Virus record (IMG/VR): IMGVR_UViG_3300046747_000117
DNA from: a virus
Strand: one strand, 5' to 3'
DNA length: 64,000 nt
Shown: positions 62,721 through 64,000 of the stretch, piece by piece
How positions within the stretch are numbered: position 1 is the first letter of the stretch
How the letters are laid out: each line of letters opens with the position of its first letter
Made by a program: the position numbers and the translations under genes
The notes under the pieces: model-generated
The model's input: only the letters and a program-made list of their open reading frames with translations
Told to the model about the DNA's origin: nothing
Databases searched by the model: none

Positions 62721-64000
62721 GTGGCTGATCTGCTACGCATCAAGCGGCGACCCGCCGGGGGCGCCGCCGGGGCGCCCGCCTCGCTGCTGTCGTCCGAGGT
62801 CGCTTTCAATGAGGTTGACCGGACGCTCTACTATGGCCTCGACAATGCCGGTGGGGTCACGACCAACATTATCCCGATCGCCGGTTCCGGCGCGTTCCTG
62901 CCGCTGTCGGGAGGACGGTTAAGCGGCGGGCTGAGTTTCGGCGTGGCCACGGTGTCGAACCCCACCGACATGTCGCGGCATATCTCGCTGTTCGACGGCT
63001 GGGGCGGCTTCAGCATCACGGGTGGCACGCTCAACCTCGTCTCTGGCGGCATGCTCACGATGTTGTTCCAAGGTGCCACCGCCACCATGGGGACGGGCGT
63101 CGGCCTGTATCTCGATCACGATCCGGTCAACGCGACAGAAGCGGTGCCGAAACAATACCTCGACAATAATTACAGCACGAATACGCAGGGTGACGCCCGT
63201 TGGGTCAACGTGACCGGCGACACGATGACTGGCCCTCTGGGCATCGCCGATACTTCATCAAGTCCGTTGGTCATCCTGGGCAACCCGGTGATGCCGGGTA
63301 TTCCGCCGCCCGCGCCAAGCGTCCGCTTCATCGGGGCGCACAACAACGACGGCATGTTTCTTGTCGATGCTTTTGGCAACGGCGGGTCAGGCGGCGGTGG
63401 GTTCTTCATGGCTCGCTCCACGGGAGGCGATGCGGGCGCGCCAGGCGCCGTCGCCGCCGGCCAGCGCATGGGCGGGTTACGGTTCTCCGGTTATGGCACT
63501 ACGGGTTACGGTACGGCGCGTGCGGTCATCCAGGCGTTCGCGGCGGAAACCTTCACCGATGCCGCGCAAGGTGTTTATTTTAGCTTCCTCACCACGGCCA
63601 TCGGGACCGCGACGCCGCTGGAGCGGCTGCGGTTGACTGATGCCGGCGCATTATTGTTACAGGTTGGTGATCCAACGCAGCCCCTTCAGGCGGTGCCAAA
63701 ACAATACCTCGACAATAATTACAGCACGAACGCGCAGGGCGACGCGCGCTGGGTGAATGTTTCCGGCGACACGATGACCGGCCAACTCAACATCGCCAAC
63801 AACAACAGCGCCCTGAGTTTCAAAGACGCCAGCGGCGGCGATGTCAGGTTTATCGTCGGCTCCGACAATCATCTCGGCGTTTATAGCACGGGGTCCGCTG
63901 GCGCGACCAACGTGGTCATACTGGACTTCTACGCTCGTAACGACAGCCCGCTGGTGACCTTTAGCCAGTCCACGACGTTCTCAAAAGATGTGACGCTATG
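62721..64000 (+). CDS. Tail fibre protein, 3' end outside the window
   Basis: Not in the ORF track because there is no stop. GTG 62721 MADLLRIKRRPAGGAAGAP...FNEVDRTLYYG, frame open to the window end, N-terminus paralogous to 60872. Confidence 0.85.
   Translation, partial: MADLLRIKRRPAGGAAGAPASLLSSEVAFNEVDRTLYYGLDNAGGVTTNIIPIAGSGAFLPLSGGRLSGGLSFGVATVSNPTDMSRHISLFDGWGGFSITGGTLNLVSGGMLTMLFQGATATMGTGVGLYLDHDPVNATEAVPKQYLDNNYSTNTQGDARWVNVTGDTMTGPLGIADTSSSPLVILGNPVMPGIPPPAPSVRFIGAHNNDGMFLVDAFGNGGSGGGGFFMARSTGGDAGAPGAVAAGQRMGGLRFSGYGTTGYGTARAVIQAFAAETFTDAAQGVYFSFLTTAIGTATPLERLRLTDAGALLLQVGDPTQPLQAVPKQYLDNNYSTNAQGDARWVNVSGDTMTGQLNIANNNSALSFKDASGGDVRFIVGSDNHLGVYSTGSAGATNVVILDFYARNDSPLVTFSQSTTFSKDVTL
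63141..63783 (+). repeat. 94-bp in-frame direct repeat within the fibre gene
   Basis: 63141-63234 and 63690-63783 (AVPKQYLDNNYSTNxQGDARWVNVxGDTMTG), 549 nt apart. Confidence 0.85.

Noticed and set aside
63141-63783. Template/variable repeat pair of a diversity-generating retroelement
   Set aside because: Differences are mostly synonymous and not adenine-specific, and no reverse transcriptase is in the window.
1-64000. Genome-wide TAG recoding
   Set aside because: TAG ends several genes normally (e.g. 14981, 19771, 40329, 42134), and no suppressor tRNA was seen.
1-64000. tRNA or rRNA genes
   Set aside because: No cloverleaf with T-loop/D-loop consensus and no rRNA-like segment recognised by eye.

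Overview
The window is most of a GC-rich tailed (podovirus-like) phage or prophage genome. The host is probably an alphaproteobacterium, since the phage carries a GcrA homologue. Layout: tail fibre, tail and internal virion (ejection) genes (1-25557); an accessory island (25560-30800); small early genes and regulators (30800-34700); recombination and replication genes (Gp157, ERF, SF2 helicase, VRR-NUC, D5-type helicase with adjacent iteron-like repeats; 34700-42400); more small genes and late regulators (sigma70-region-4 and NusG/RfaH-like; 42400-47700); then terS, terL, portal, scaffold, N4-gp56-type major capsid protein and more fibres (47749-64000). Both window ends fall inside tail-fibre genes. 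The standout is the accessory island. A Cas7/RAMP-like gene (25833-26450, minus strand) is flanked by two strictly 5-nt-phased (GGY-NN)n arrays. Two further stand-alone (GGY-NN)n arrays share a promoter and a covarying 3' double hairpin. Together these suggest a phage-encoded RNA-guided system in which the variable NN dinucleotides carry the information. It matches my unverified recollection of the recently reported VIPR systems. Other notable items: an Acb2/Tad1-like sponge candidate between terS and terL, two effector-like proteins sharing an N-terminal header, two phage-borne PEP-CTERM proteins, and NrdR-like and GcrA-like regulators. All family calls come from motif recognition by eye; no database searches were run.
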